Positions 37,401 to 50,526 of a stretch of 64,000 nucleotides of DNA are shown one piece after another. Source of the stretch: Ascidiella aspersa (Eukaryota); assembly GCA_963924565.1 (NCBI GenBank), contig OZ004609.1, positions 24,118,001 through 24,182,000 on the forward strand, given 5' to 3'. Within the stretch, counting starts at the first letter, position 1. Each line of letters begins with the position of its first letter. A program made the translations under genes and the position numbers. The notes under the pieces were generated by a model, which searched no databases, was not told the origin of the DNA, and saw only the letters and a program-made list of their open reading frames with translations.

Positions 37401-40400
37401 CAACACTTTTTTAATTGAAAACTTGTCTGTTTAATTAGTTGATGTATTTGTTTCAAATTGCATATAAGCGATTGTTTTGCGGTCACTTGAAACATCGTCG
37501 AAACGTGTAGGCGAAATGCAAATGCGATAGTTTTTAGCTAAAGTAACCTTTCGTCGGATCCGTCGCTGCAGTCCAGAACCCCATCGCAAATTACGGATCG
37601 ATTCATACAAGTTTTATTGGCTTCGCATAAGACTTCTCCCTCTGAGCATATTTTAGGCGAACTGCGTAACAAAACAAATAGTAATAGTGTATAGCAGTGT
37701 GTCGGACCTTTCTCTTTTTCTTTTAAATATGACATGGAACAGTTGCGCATTACGTCATTAAGATTGAACTTTGTGAAAAAAGATCATAAACAGGATGCAA
37801 ACAGTCGAAAAAATATCCAAAAAGGGACACAAATAGTTAGTTATATGTATTTGGAATATGATCAATTCTGTTATGAATTCTGTAATGTTCATCTAGGACT
37901 GTCAGTCATTCATTGATTCTTACTCTGCAGTTTGCCATTGGACCTTGGAACAAAGTTCGGGCTTTTTCCTTGTGCACAAACATTCGTCGGACAAATCTGC
38001 ACAATCGAACAACCCATCACAAACTTTACGACGTGGAACTATCATAGACCCATCTAAGCACTGAAAGCATTTCGCGCTGTTGAAGGTAGAATCAGTAACA
38101 CTTCGCAAGTCTCTAAAAAAACAAAGGTAATACTTAAAAGCGCTGTGGCGGGATAACAACGTTACTGTTTTCCAAGGGAAAGTTCGGGATAAATCAAAAG
38201 GTGTCGAAAAGTTTTGCAGTACACAACAAGGTTGTTCTCGTAATCAGAAAGTTAAACTCGTCTAGTTTAAAGAATTAGTCAGGACGTCACAAAAAATCGA
38301 TTGACTAATCACCTTGGATCTCGATCGTAAGCTGAACTGCTGGAGTAGCATAGGTCAGCTTCATCGTCGCAATCAAAAACATTGTCCCACAAAAGTTGTT
38401 GAGGAATTCTGCAAAACCTTCCGTTTCGCACACACTGGAAACCAATACCTGAAATGCACAGTTTGAAGCAAAATAGCGTACAAAATCGAATAAAGCATTT
38501 TACTTAGAGCGCTTAAAAAGAGTCGCGTATCTTCCTGTGTCAGAAATTCTATCGGCTTTGACTATTACACCCTACAACAGGATGACGGACCTGTTGCTTC
38601 GGTCACAAGCGATTTGTTAATTTATGTGTCGCATAAATACGAAAAACAAAATAAAATAAGAGCAATTCCTTATAGTTTTAAACAACAGTAGCTTCACTCA
38701 CTATGTTTTGCCGAAAATATTTATTTACATTTTTTAAGATAAATGGGTCACTAAAAATCTGCGACGGGTGCTTCGTCCCTTTGCAAACGCCATAAAAAAC
38801 TATTCCTCTTCGATGAAATTTGTTACACGTTTTCCAAACGACCTGTTTTCCAATCATCGTCGTCTTCCGGGCATCCGTTACACGAGTTGCCATCGCACAC
38901 CGTTGAGCGTTCAACGCAATTTCCCGTGCGGCTGCATGTGTAATAACCAGGACACCGAGCATCGCACGGCGAATAAACTTGACGAAAGATGGAGGAGGCG
39001 TGGTTGCATGCCTTGCGGTGCGGCAGAAGGCACGACGCGTTACTTGCAGAGTCGAAACATCTGACAAAAAAGTCTTTGTTCAAATTAGCGACTGGTAATA
39101 GAAAATTTAAAGGTGTTTACCATAAACTCATAAACTTGAATTTTAATACCACAACTATAGGCAATATAGGTATTCATAAATCGTATGTTTTGTGTTTATA
39201 AAGTCTTTGGAATACTTTGCTGGGCGATAATTCTATGATTTAATGCATTTTCGATACATGCATTAAACTTGTATTTAAGTTACACTCAGGAACATGCGGT
39301 CAGGGGAGGCAGGGGAGGCAGTGCCTCCCCTGGCAGTGCCTCACCTGCCAACATCTGGCAAAGCAAAACTTATATTAAACAATTTGCATGTTTTTGGGTG
39401 CTTTAATTTGTATGAATTCCTGTTGTCCAGGGGTTCTTAAACTGGGGTCCATGGACCCCTTGGGGCTCCGTGAACTAGTTTTAGGGGGTCCATGAAGGCC
39501 TAATTAAAGAACTAGTGTACGAAGTAATTTATTTTTCAAAGAAAACATTTTAATTAAAAATTAAACGGCTTTGCACTGAATGTATAGTTAGACTCCATTT
39601 AACTTTCACATTTTTCGGACCAAAATAAACAGAGTTATGAAGTCTATTTGTATTGTGACGTCATGTTATGACGTCATTTTGGAGCATTTCTTGCCAACCG
39701 GGGTCCATGCAAAGCAAAAAAAAATTTTAGGGGTCCGCGGTAAAAAAAGTTTAAGAACCCCTGCTGTAGTCTATACTCCCTCTCCCGCAAATTCTACGTT
39801 TCTATACCAAAAGCGTGCTTTATTTTTTTCAAATTTCTGTTGCGTTATTCATATCAAGCGTTCAAAATCGTTGAAATACGCAAAGTGAGGCAGCGCCAAA
39901 CTGTGCCTCTCTCAGATCACAGAAGTGCTATACACTGCATTATGCGTGCTTTTTTCTTTCCCAATTCTCTCGGAAAACATGATAAACAATTTAGCTAGAA
40001 TTTGAGGCATGCCTCAAATGTGACGTCCCAGCTATGAAACCTTTATAAAACTAAAATGGAGGAAAATTTACACTTTCAATCAATCTTAAGTTAGAATCAT
40101 AAATAAAGGCAAATCTGTTTCACCATAGTGCTCTATGGTTTCACATTTAAAAGGTTTGCATCAGACGACTGGACAAAAAAATAACACGCAACTTTCAAAG
40201 AGATTGGTAAAAATAGGAGTGGGTGTGTGACTGTCATAGGCTCAGCCAGGGGGCCACAGAGGCCATAACCCCCTAAAAATTTATAAATATTGTACTCTTA
40301 ATAATATTTGTCTTGTAGCATCATAAGCAGTACCACAAAAGTCGATCACACAGGCATGCCAGTAGTTCAATTGTCATGCACTGTTACGTCATAAACGATT

Positions 40401-41615
40401 TAGTTATTATTAAATTCGCTATACTTATTGATGTACTTTTACTACTTTTTAGTCATTTTGATTTTGCACTCTGAATGGTTTTGAGTATTGCGCTAAAACT
40501 CAGTCAGTTGCTGCTCGAAACGGTTTGCTAGCGTATTTATTTGTGTTCGATACGCAGTTCATACAATGGCAAAAGCTCAACAACAAAAGTTTAAACTTTT
40601 TGCCCAGCCCCCCACCTCCCTAAATTTTTTGCTGGAATTGCCTTTTCTACTTTCCCTGTTTGTTGTTTTCATTTTTCTAATAAACGTGAAAGCATGCCGC
40701 TAATTTTTTATTTTTATTAGTACGATACCGTTTTTGTGATTGTTAAAGAAAAGCGTGGCTTGAAAAAATTAGTGCCTCACCATCCAGGATCCTCACCGCA
40801 CGTCACTGGTTACACTAACATTATTTAGTTACAACCGAAAAACGTTTCCTATAGGAACATGTCGAATTTAAATCGCAATACCAGTGGCAGAATTGGTATT
40901 ATAGGTTAACATAAGTTAAAATAAAAAAAATGTGTTTCTAATATTTGAATGGTTTCTCATACTTTGCGGGTTTTGATAAGTCTTAACTTACACACGTGAC
41001 AGTGACACTTTGTCTTTCTTATAACGTACCGGTAACTAAGCATAAAAGTGAAATGTTAGCAATGCTAACGGAAACATCAAATCTTGAAGTTTTGATGTAC
41101 CAATAACCTAATTTGAATCCGGTCTTAAATCATACTTTGCTGTGAAAATATTTATTTTTTGACACCAGAAAAATAAATGGTTATTTCCAAACGCCAACCC
41201 GAGGCTATTTGGCGTACCTATAGGTTTGCCGTTACGTTTGTACGATTTTTACTGTGCTTATCACGTCGCTTTTAGTCATCATTAGGTTACCATTTGCAAA
41301 ATACAGTGTTGCTCTTTTCAGTTTTAGTCCAATGGTGGACTGATAAATTTTTATCGGCGGCTTACTTTTTGCATTTACCTTACTTGTGGTGGGCCTGACC
41401 CGTTTTTAACCAACGTAAAAACTTCTACTCCAGATCTCTCGCATAATTCAACGTTGTCACAAAAAACTTCTTTCTTATCACCAGACATAGCTGTAAAAAT
41501 TTTTAAATATTCCAAATCTGCAATATTTGGTCATTTATTCTTTTTAATATAAATTTGTTTTACCTGATAGTGTTGTTAGGCCTATTAACGTCCAGATTGC
41601 AACAAGCCACATCAT
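31469..41615 (-). CDS. Class A GPCR of LGR/GRL101/RXFP type with multiple LDLa repeats and no LRRs, about 973 aa
   Basis: Exons 41615-41564 (signal peptide MMWLVAIWTLIGLTTLS), 41490-41379, 39060-38843, 38448-38313, 38112-37924, 37661-37548, 37346-37278, 36774-36558, 35743-35480, 34620-34489, 34090-33926, 33541-33239, 32950-32598, 32158-31956, 31863-31469. LDLa motifs (CDGLFDCADLSDE, CDGVLDCSDGSDE, CDGKIDCANMADE); 7TM motifs NLAISDLLMGVYL, ATDFCCWIP, LPINSAFNPILY. Confidence 0.88.
34901..35317. mobile_element. hAT-type MITE in GPCR intron
   Basis: TIR caggggtgggcaaa / tttgcccacccctg; perfect TSD atatatag. Confidence 0.9.
39287..40808. mobile_element. Non-autonomous hAT-type element with nested MITE(s)
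   Basis: Perfect TSD gttacact on both sides. Nested element 39428-39763 has TIR caggggttcttaaact / agtttaagaacccctg and TSD ctgttgtc / ctgtagtc. A further fragment is probable at about 40237-40640. Confidence 0.82.
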
Positions 41616-43604
41616 TTTTTGAAGAGAAGGGACCAGTTAGTATATTTGTTAGGTAATCGAAATCTCTTTTTTAATAAATATTAACCTAAAATATCACAGC
41701 TTGCTATTAAGTGAAATGAACAAATTATTAAATGTTTTATTCATTTTTATTTATTTTAATAAATATAGACGATATCTGAACTGGCGAATATATCAAAAGG
41801 CCTACAACCATAGACTTGCTAAATCAACACACTGCAAAAACATTCGCTTTGTAAAAAAAATGTCTTATTTTCCAGCAATATGCTTACACTATATTTTAAA
41901 ATTCAATTTAAACAGTTGGTTTTCATTTGTGTTATCTGGAAAACTAACAACGTATAGAAGTTAACAACGTATAGGCCTACTGCTACAATAGTAGTTACCG
42001 TAACACTTTTAATTTTTTTGAACAGGTCAAATCGCTTACGCGTCACTCAGCTAAGCGAGCCTTCGGGGCTTGATGATGATAGTCATTATAACAAGTTAGG
42101 TACATCGTGGAGATTCGCCGCCTAATAATAATTCCCAATTGGACGTGACGGAGCTTAGTTATTATTATCTCTCGGTTTGTGATAGTTCTGCTCACGAAAC
42201 GGATTTCACTCCCAGACACGATAATTATCGATTTTTAAATGCTACTTTTCAAATGCTATGCGTGAGAGTTAGCAGCATTACAATAAAACTGCAAACTTAA
42301 GCATAACAACTTGGTGACATAATTTTATGCACTAAACCTTATTTAATTAAACAAATTATAACACATTAGCATTATTTAATTTATTTGAAATTATCCACGT
42401 CTTCGCATTTGTCCTACAGTTTAGCTTGAAAAACATAGCCTTAACCGGAAAAGGCAGAGATGGTTAAAGTATTTCATATTCATCCCTTACCAGGCAAACA
42501 CTGTCAATTCCTCCTCAACAAAAAACACCTAAAAATAATTTGCAACAATTTAAATATTTGACGTGCACATGTAACATTTCAAAGGTATCTTCCTAAACAT
42601 TATATATCTTTTTTTTTGCCTTTACGTGATTGTCTATTATTACACTTGGTAACATCTATGCATTTTTTTCTTTTTATTATGCATTTTTGAATCGATCTAA
42701 TAATTAAAAAGTTATAACAAAATCAAACATTCGAAGCTGTAGAACCTCCCGTGGTGTTTTTCACTGATCGGAATAAGGTTGCGGTTGGTCATCAGAAAAA
42801 CCTGTCCGACACAACCTACGGACGAAAATATCAAAACAACAAACACTCAAAAAATGATGAATGAATAAGTTGTAAAAAACTTTTATTGGAGAATATACCA
42901 CACCGTACGCACAGCACCTTTGGCCTGTAACGATTCCCTAAATAGGACTAAAACAAACTACACAAAGCCAAATAAGATCAGCGCAATTAGGCGGGAACAA
43001 TTTTTAAATTTGCCTAGCCTAAATAGACTCGTTTGCCTTAGATTCGCCCTTGATCATCATGCAGTGCGAAGCCTTTTGGTCGGTCCCCTAATTTTCCAGT
43101 TTCCTTTAAATGCCTTTAGGCGGGAATAGCGCAACGACCAGAAAAAAAAATTTAACGTTTTAATTCCTTAAATGCTCATTTGATCGAAAGTATGACGACA
43201 TTTGATATCGGACGGTAGTACATTTTGTCTAGGCCTACAACATCGGGTATCAGTGTAGAAAGAATACAACTAATTGTACATCCCTGGTTAGTGATATAAT
43301 ATCGGTTATGACAGTGGTAGCAATACACTTTTTGCTAAAATTTCGGGCATCGATGGGAATAAAACAACTTACAGAGTAAACGTTTTCTGAAATACAAAAC
43401 ATTAATTTGGTTCAAAATTTTGACAAAAATTAATTTTAATATTAGATCACCTCGTGATAACCGTAAGATAGGTTCATTAGATACATAATTTGGTAATTTG
43501 TCATAGAGAAAATTGGTAATCTAACATTTCCCCTTGAATCACTGTAAAATATTATATAAAATTACTTCACAATCACAAGGCACATCCGCATTATTTTGTT
43601 AAAT

Positions 43605-44367
43605 CACCCGATCCGTCAGAAATCAGTGCATATCTAAGCAAAAAGGTCTATGACAATCAGCCCATCCTAAGGCAGAAAAGTCTAGACTTTTAGACCTTGA
43701 GGTCTTGGACAATGCACTGATTGTGAGCCCTATGCAGATTTGGTTTGTGAGCGTTCACCCCATCCGTCAGAAATCAGTGCAGTTCTAAGCAAAAAGGTAT
43801 ACGACAATCAGTGCATTCAAAGGATCAAAAAGTCCGACTTTTAGGTCTTGGACAATGCACTAATTTGCATTAACAAATGTGCATAAGAAGATTAAGTTTA
43901 ACAATACTTGACCCAACCAAACCCAAACGCTAACCAGCGCCCTAACCCAAATAATGTGCGATAATTTAATAATTATAACGCTTCAGGCCCCAATACCTCA
44001 ATTTGTGACGTAATAATCTTAAATACAATTGACGAGAAACCATCTTATGCCCATCCGAGTTTGGGCTTTTTTCCCCAGCATTTAAAGAATTATTAAAATA
44101 ACGCACATTATTTGGGTTAGGATTCGGGTTAGCGTTAGGGTTTAGGTGGGTCAAGTGTTATTAATCCTATCTCATACTTTTTGTTATCTTTTCTGAACTT
44201 TTAATGAATATTTTTAATTAATCTACGCCGGGAGTTTACCTAAAGGTCCAAATCAGTGCATTGCCAGGACCTCAAGGTCTAAAAGTCTAGACTTTTCTGC
44301 CATTGGATGCCCTGATTGTCGTAGACCTTTTTGCTTAGAAATGCACTGATTTCTAACGGATCGGGTG
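43605..44367. mobile_element. Foldback-like element with long terminal inverted repeats
   Basis: cacccgatccgtcagaaatcagtgca... / ...tgcactgatttctaacggatcgggtg; flanked by gttaaat on both sides; extra direct copy of the left arm at about 43756-43862; internal inverted taaccc-like arms. Confidence 0.82.
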
Positions 44368-44919
44368 GTTAAATGATATAAAATGTCGTCCCTTTTGCTG
44401 TAAATATAACGAATATGTAACCAGTTGGCGTTATAGCAAGATATATTTCATTGATAGTGTACTTTTGTTTTCAAGGTTTGTTTTTGTTGTTGTTTTTCTA
44501 ATTTGTGAGTTTACAAACCTTGTTTGCTGCAACTATATTTCGTGTTTTCCAACTTTTACTGATTTTTCGTGTTAATACTAGGAAAGAATGCCTATATTTA
44601 CAAAATAAGTACAACATGGGCGTTGGTGGATACTACATTATCTATAATAGGAGTACCGTCATTTTCTTCAATTATTATTTTTACCTACCGTAGCAAAACC
44701 ACGACGAATCATCATTTTAAAACAAAGCAACAGTTTTCTTAACATTTTAATGATTAGAAATATCGGAGCTGGTCTACAATACCATCACATGTTTGTCTGT
44801 GTGTTGCCTTTAGATTTATATAAATTGCAATCTCCACCAAAAAATTTTATAGATTTGTTTCTGTTTCCTAGTACACCTATAATGTATGTGTTGTCTTGTG
44901 TCACAAGTAAATAGATTTT

Positions 44920-45114
44920 GGCGCTGGTCTAAAATCCCACCTTATTGAACAATGTTTGGGTTAAGGTGCGGGTTTGGGTTTGGGTAGGTTAATCATTATT
45001 AAATAATAATACTTGACCCACCCTGACCCAAATACTAACCGACACCCTAACCTAAATATTGTGGGTTGCTTTAATAATTGTTTCAAAGCTGTGGTAGGAT
45101 TCTAGACCAGTGCC
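44920..45114. mobile_element. Short palindromic MITE with GG..CC ends (Merlin-like)
   Basis: ggcgctggtctaaaatcc / ggattctagaccagtgcc; perfect 8-bp TSD tagatttt. The superfamily call is an inference from the termini and TSD length. Confidence 0.78.
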
Positions 45115-45241
45115 TAGATTTTGTAAAAGTCATGAAAATCGTATGAAAAATCACTAGTTTGTGTTAAACAAAGAAGATTAGTTATTACCCCTTCTGCTAT
45201 ATATTGCAATGAAAAAGTTTCTGTTTGTAAGAACTAATTAT

Positions 45242-45974
45242 TAGGGCCATTTTTATTTTAACCTAAAAAAAAATTTTTTTAACTTTATTTTTATCAAATT
45301 TTAACTTTATTTTAACCTAACGAAATTGCTTGTTTTTAGAGGCCACAGTTCTTCCTTGAATTGATGCCAGTTAGCCAAACATAATATTTTGTCGATTTCA
45401 TATCCAAATGTAATATTTTGTCCAAAAGTCAAGGTGTTTTATGGATTATAAAAAGGGGGTCGGGTTTTTTGGCGATAGATTTAGCTTGCTTAGGCATTTT
45501 TGTATTACAGAATTTCAGCAGGCTGTTCCTAAAATCCAAACTATTGATCTTCCAAAAGACCACATTTATGAAGATGAAGTGTTTTATAAAAGTTATTTAA
45601 ATACGTAACAATAAATAAAACACTGGACAATTTGCATAAAAAGTTACTGCTGATCCAAGTGGGCATTGTGACATTTTTCTTGCTTTTATGGGTTAATATG
45701 GTTTATTTGTGTCGCAGTTCCTGATTTACAATGCTTCCACGAAGATTTTTACAAAAATTACTCTCAAGAAACACAAAAACTTTGTCAAAAGCCATAATTT
45801 GACAAATTTTGACTTTATTAAAAAATTTTAACCTTATTGTAAATTTTAACTTTATTTTAACCTATAAACTTCTTAGAAACAGTCCCCTAGGTGCTGAAAA
45901 CAACTTTATTCTTTGATTCGTGGACAGACGAGGTCCTTAAAAAAATTTAACTTTATCGACTTTAACGGGCCCTA
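45242..45974. mobile_element. hAT-type MITE (TAGGG termini)
   Basis: tagggcc...ggcccta; perfect 8-bp TSD ctaattat; internal ttttaactttatt repeats. Confidence 0.78.
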
Positions 45975-48843
45975 CTAATTATCAACTGTAGTTTTTAACA
46001 CCCAGTTTAAATTTATCTGATGTTTATATATCAAAATAATCATCCAATTTAAGTACAACATATTGCTTTCAAATGTTAAACATAAAAAAAAATGTACTAC
46101 CTAAAAATATAGACTGCTGATGTACATAAATAATCATCTTTGGTAGATTTTTATCCTGATAAGCAGTTTATATATGTTTATGTAGTTTATAAATATGTTT
46201 TTTGTGTTATGTAATTGGAAATTGCTTGGTTTGTTATTTCAGATTTCAGATTATATTTATTAATTGTGAGTTCTTTAAAATGTGTTATTTATATGTTGAA
46301 AGCAAACTCAGGAAACCTACAAAGATAAGTTCTATTATATCTTTAGATTCTCAGTTATATCTTAACTAGACCTATTTCAAAATGATTTTAATATTTTATT
46401 ATGTCTTGTAATGACAGAAGACAATGACTTGATTTGACTTTACTGTTCTTAAGTCACTATATTTACTTGACTTCAGTGTTGTTAGGTCATTATATTTAAA
46501 TGACTTTACCTGACTTACGCACCTGGTCAAAATTAATTGACTTAACTTTTTTAAGGCTTAAAAAAGTCACTATTTTAAGGCTTAAAAAATAACTATTTTA
46601 AGGCTTAAAAAAACTAGTTTTAAATGATGTTCAATGACATTTTAAATGTATAAAATCTTCATCATAGGTTCATAGCAATATACCGCATACGCGAGCTGGC
46701 AGAATTAACCACCCAGGCCTAGTTTATTGCATTAGGTTCTCCCAAAACGTTTTTACTTTACATAGTTGTGTATCCCTGAGTCTTTGTTTCACTTGTGATT
46801 TGCAATTATCTCTTTTCCAATTTCAAAATTGTGTGGTGGACGCCGCCAAAACCACTAATACACTACTTCAAACAACAATGTGGTGTTTAAATCAATGCAT
46901 TTTTAATAGGTCAACATTTCCTCAAAAAATTATTACCTTGGGTCAAAATTTGTCAAAAGTTTTAATTTTTTAGGTCAAAATTTCTCATTTTTTAGGTCAA
47001 AAAGAAAACGTTTTAACTGTAAGTAATAGGGATGTTTTTTGGGGGAATAATTTAGGCTATATTTGGTTAGTTTTTTACCCAAATCTTCTTCTTTGCAATG
47101 TTTTTTTGTTGTTAAGCCAATTACAATATCACTCAGGATCAGAAAAAATAACCAGGATTATTAATTTAATATTTTATTTTGATTTAAATGAATTGATTTG
47201 CTATGACAATAATTTGGATTCTACTGACATGTAAATATATTGAATTTATTTTTACCATTTTCATAGTCAGCATATTTTGAAGACATGTAAATTAATGCAT
47301 TCAGTGCACATTTACTGATTACTTATGTAACAAAAGTGGTCTTTATTTATCACTCTTGACTGGGGTTGTTTAAAATTAGCACTTTTTGCAAAGTGGATCC
47401 AAATCAAGAAATTATTTCAATTTATAAACACAAAAGTTTTTCTATATGAGAGCCCAAATATTATTTATTACTTGCATGTTTTTTAAATATCATTAATTTA
47501 ACCTCTAATTCATCGGTTAATGCACCTTGGGTGCTTGTGTGCTCTTCTGTTATGACAATAATAACACATTGTTAGGACACCAACGATAAATGATAATATA
47601 GGTCAAGTTTTGCACTTACACAGTTTATTTATCTTGTAAATTTTAATTACCTACAAACATTAAAACCAACTTATTTTTCATAAATTTATTATAGGAATAC
47701 ATTTTTCTTAGTTTTAAAACAGGCTTAACCTTAACTCTATGTAACCAAGTCGTTTTTTTTGTTAGAAATATGTAAAATGCTGGCATAAAGCTGTTAAAAC
47801 AAAATACAACTCAAGGAAAATGACTTCTTCTGGCAAAAGTAAGTGTTGTAAGATATTTTACTTATACAAGTACTGTAATATAGGGAGTATTTAACAAAGA
47901 ATATATAAAAAAAAAACATTATTGTCCAATTTTTCGTTTTCTGCTAGGTGGTGCTATGCAGCAAAAAAAAAGTAATCATTAAATCTAGTGCACAATTTAT
48001 TTGCAAACATATGCCTTTTATCTCAAAATTGTCAATTTAAAGACACAAGTAAAAGTTGTCAAGCATTAAACAAAGGCCAACTAAGTATGGGCAATTTTTT
48101 GCATTTTTATATGTGAAAGGCAAACTAAGTAAAGGCATGATACCTTTAAGCAACAAATTATTAGGAAATTTATGTCTAATGGCTAAAAAATTCGAGTCTT
48201 GATTATCCAGCAGTTTTGTTCGGCCAAGTGTATACACACTTGTTTTTTTAAACAAGAAAAAGCTATCACCAAACCAGACCCAGTAAAACAACAACTGACG
48301 CTCCGCCCGGCCGCAGCATTTGCTGCAAACCATCGGCAATGTTTGCCTTTGCAGCGAAACGCTGCCTGATTTCGAACAGCCAAGTTACAGTGAAGCACAA
48401 CAACAAGACCAGCGCCGACGAAAAACCCACACCCGCTCGTCAGACGCCGCTTGTTTTCCTAGCTGTGCGTCGGCCCGGCCGTGTCTCTATCCTTCTTGGC
48501 AAATAGTGCCACGTCAGCGGTTATTGCAAACCGGCATAGCGGCGTTGCTAGGCTCTCGCCCTGGTCACACATTAACGACGCCAAATGCATGTGTTAGAAA
48601 AGGATGTAAGCGATATGAATCCGGATCTGGGCCGATTATGATTTTTGTCGCGTTTCACGTTCGGCGTTGTTCCGGGCTTTCTTGCGCCACAATAAGCCAA
48701 CCTTCGATGCGTGACGTGCCCCATTATTAAGTTAAGGTCCGGCGACTTTGGCCGTTTCTGTTATTCATCCAAGCCAGAATGCGCGCAGCGGTCGTTGTTG
48801 ATATCGAAGATGTCTGTATGACGCTGGATGTTTAGCTTTACAC

Positions 48844-49469
48844 CAGTGGTTCCCCACATTTTTGTTGTCGCGACCCTCTTTTCAGTTTTCAAAAATCTAC
48901 GCGACTTCCCAATTTTTGTGTGTTACACATAAACCACATTATAATCGTATACAATTAAGTAAACTAACAAATTCTTTTAAAATTCGGCAAAAAGTCCGTA
49001 TTTACGTCAAAAGCATGAACAAGCGACTAAAAGTCACGGTTCAAGGTCTATTTGTGTCATAACACTTTTTTATCCCAACAAAAAAAATATTGTGCAATTA
49101 TGACATAGCAATAAAAATCGACTTTGGTTTGTTTCAGTTTTAAACTAATGTGTTGATATATAAAAAAGTTTCTTTGGTGGTTATTGTTTCTATTTGTATT
49201 AGACAAGGCAATTAGACTGAAACTATGCTTTTGCTATTGATTAAAAATAATACTAATGATGACGTCAAACGGTTCACTAAGGAAAGTCCCATCAACATAA
49301 TTGTCAGCTTGGCGGTTGTCCGTACTCCTTCTACTGCTAAATTTTTGGTTTATGTTTATTTGTCTGTTTTTCTTGACAATTTTTCGTGTAGAAAATATTA
49401 CACGGCGAACCCCTGACAACCTCTTGCGACAACCCTCGTGGTTTGCGAGGCCCAGATTGGGAACCACTG
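48844..49469. mobile_element. hAT-type MITE
   Basis: cagtggttccc / gggaaccactg; TSD ctttacac / ctttacag. Confidence 0.82.
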
Positions 49470-50480
49470 CTTTACAGTTTACACATCCCTACCGTGGCCC
49501 GTTACTCGCATCAACGCGTGTACCCGGGTTGGTGGGTGCTTTAAAAATCCGTCATAGAATAGCTTAGCGAACAACTCGCCGATTAACTTCCTTGACTGTT
49601 TGCTTGCCAATCTTACCGCCGTTGCAGTTCTATTGGTGCGCGACATCTTAAGCGGCATGCGCTGTAAATCAACCAACCTGGCTCAGCTTTATGACTCAAT
49701 TGAATATGAAAGCCGTCATGGCACGCGCAGTGGTGAAACTCACTTCAAAGTAAACGACCAGGCCAGTTTTTGCGCACTTCTAAAACGTCATTGTAGTTTT
49801 TAAAGTGAACTGATCGTTTAAACCCGTTTCGCTTTTGTTGTTGTAATTGATATTTACGTATGAACTGGCGAGAGCAGGAATATTTTTATGTCAAGTCTCA
49901 TTTAAACTCATTTTCCATCTGCTAAAATAGAAACTTAACGCATTTAGGTGTGCTGCTTGACTTTCGGCAAAAGTATAAAATGTATGCTTCCCAATTTAGA
50001 TCATCACGAATCTAGGATAATGATCATATAATAGTTTTGTCGTTCTAAAACGCGCATTGTGTGTGGCGTAATGAAATATAGCGACTACACGCGCAATCAG
50101 CTAACGTTCAAAAGGTCTTCAAATTAAGCTCAAAACTTTTCGAACTTAAAATTTGTTCGTAAGCATCCCGGCTATCCTTATTTGGAAATAAAACCGCCCA
50201 TGTGTCGCGGTGGCCAGTACTTTTAGGGAACTTATGCTAATGCTTTAAGGATGTTCTCATGATTGATGCAGCGCTAAGGAGCTATGTTTTGTCGTTGCGT
50301 GTTCGACAAACCGACACTCGTGCTCCGGCATGGATGTGAAACCTTAGCACGTTTGGGAAAACGGAAATACAGTGCCTAGAATTTTATGCTTGTAATATTG
50401 TATTCACCTTGTAATATTGTATTATTTCTGCCTTTTTCCTTTTTTTGCTTTCCATTTATTGTACGAGCGTTCAGTGTCAT

Positions 50481-50526
50481 TCACCCTGACGAAGGCGGCT
50501 TGTATAGGTTGCCGAAACGTTGGTTA
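50481..50526 (+). ncRNA. Minimal type I hammerhead ribozyme-like motif (Penelope-like element or retrozyme remnant)
   Basis: acc-CTGACGA-a-ggcggc-ttgtatag-gttgcc-GAAA-cgtt-ggt: conserved core boxes, pairable stem II, palindromic mini stem III (aacgtt) and short stem I. Confidence 0.65.

Noticed and set aside
43905-44155. taaccc-like tracts as telomeric repeats
   Set aside because: Degenerate, short and internal to a TIR element.
48320-48730. 136-aa GC-rich ORF, and similar ORFs at 50821-51216 and 53706-54098
   Set aside because: Non-ATG starts, no recognisable domain and no consistent exon chain.
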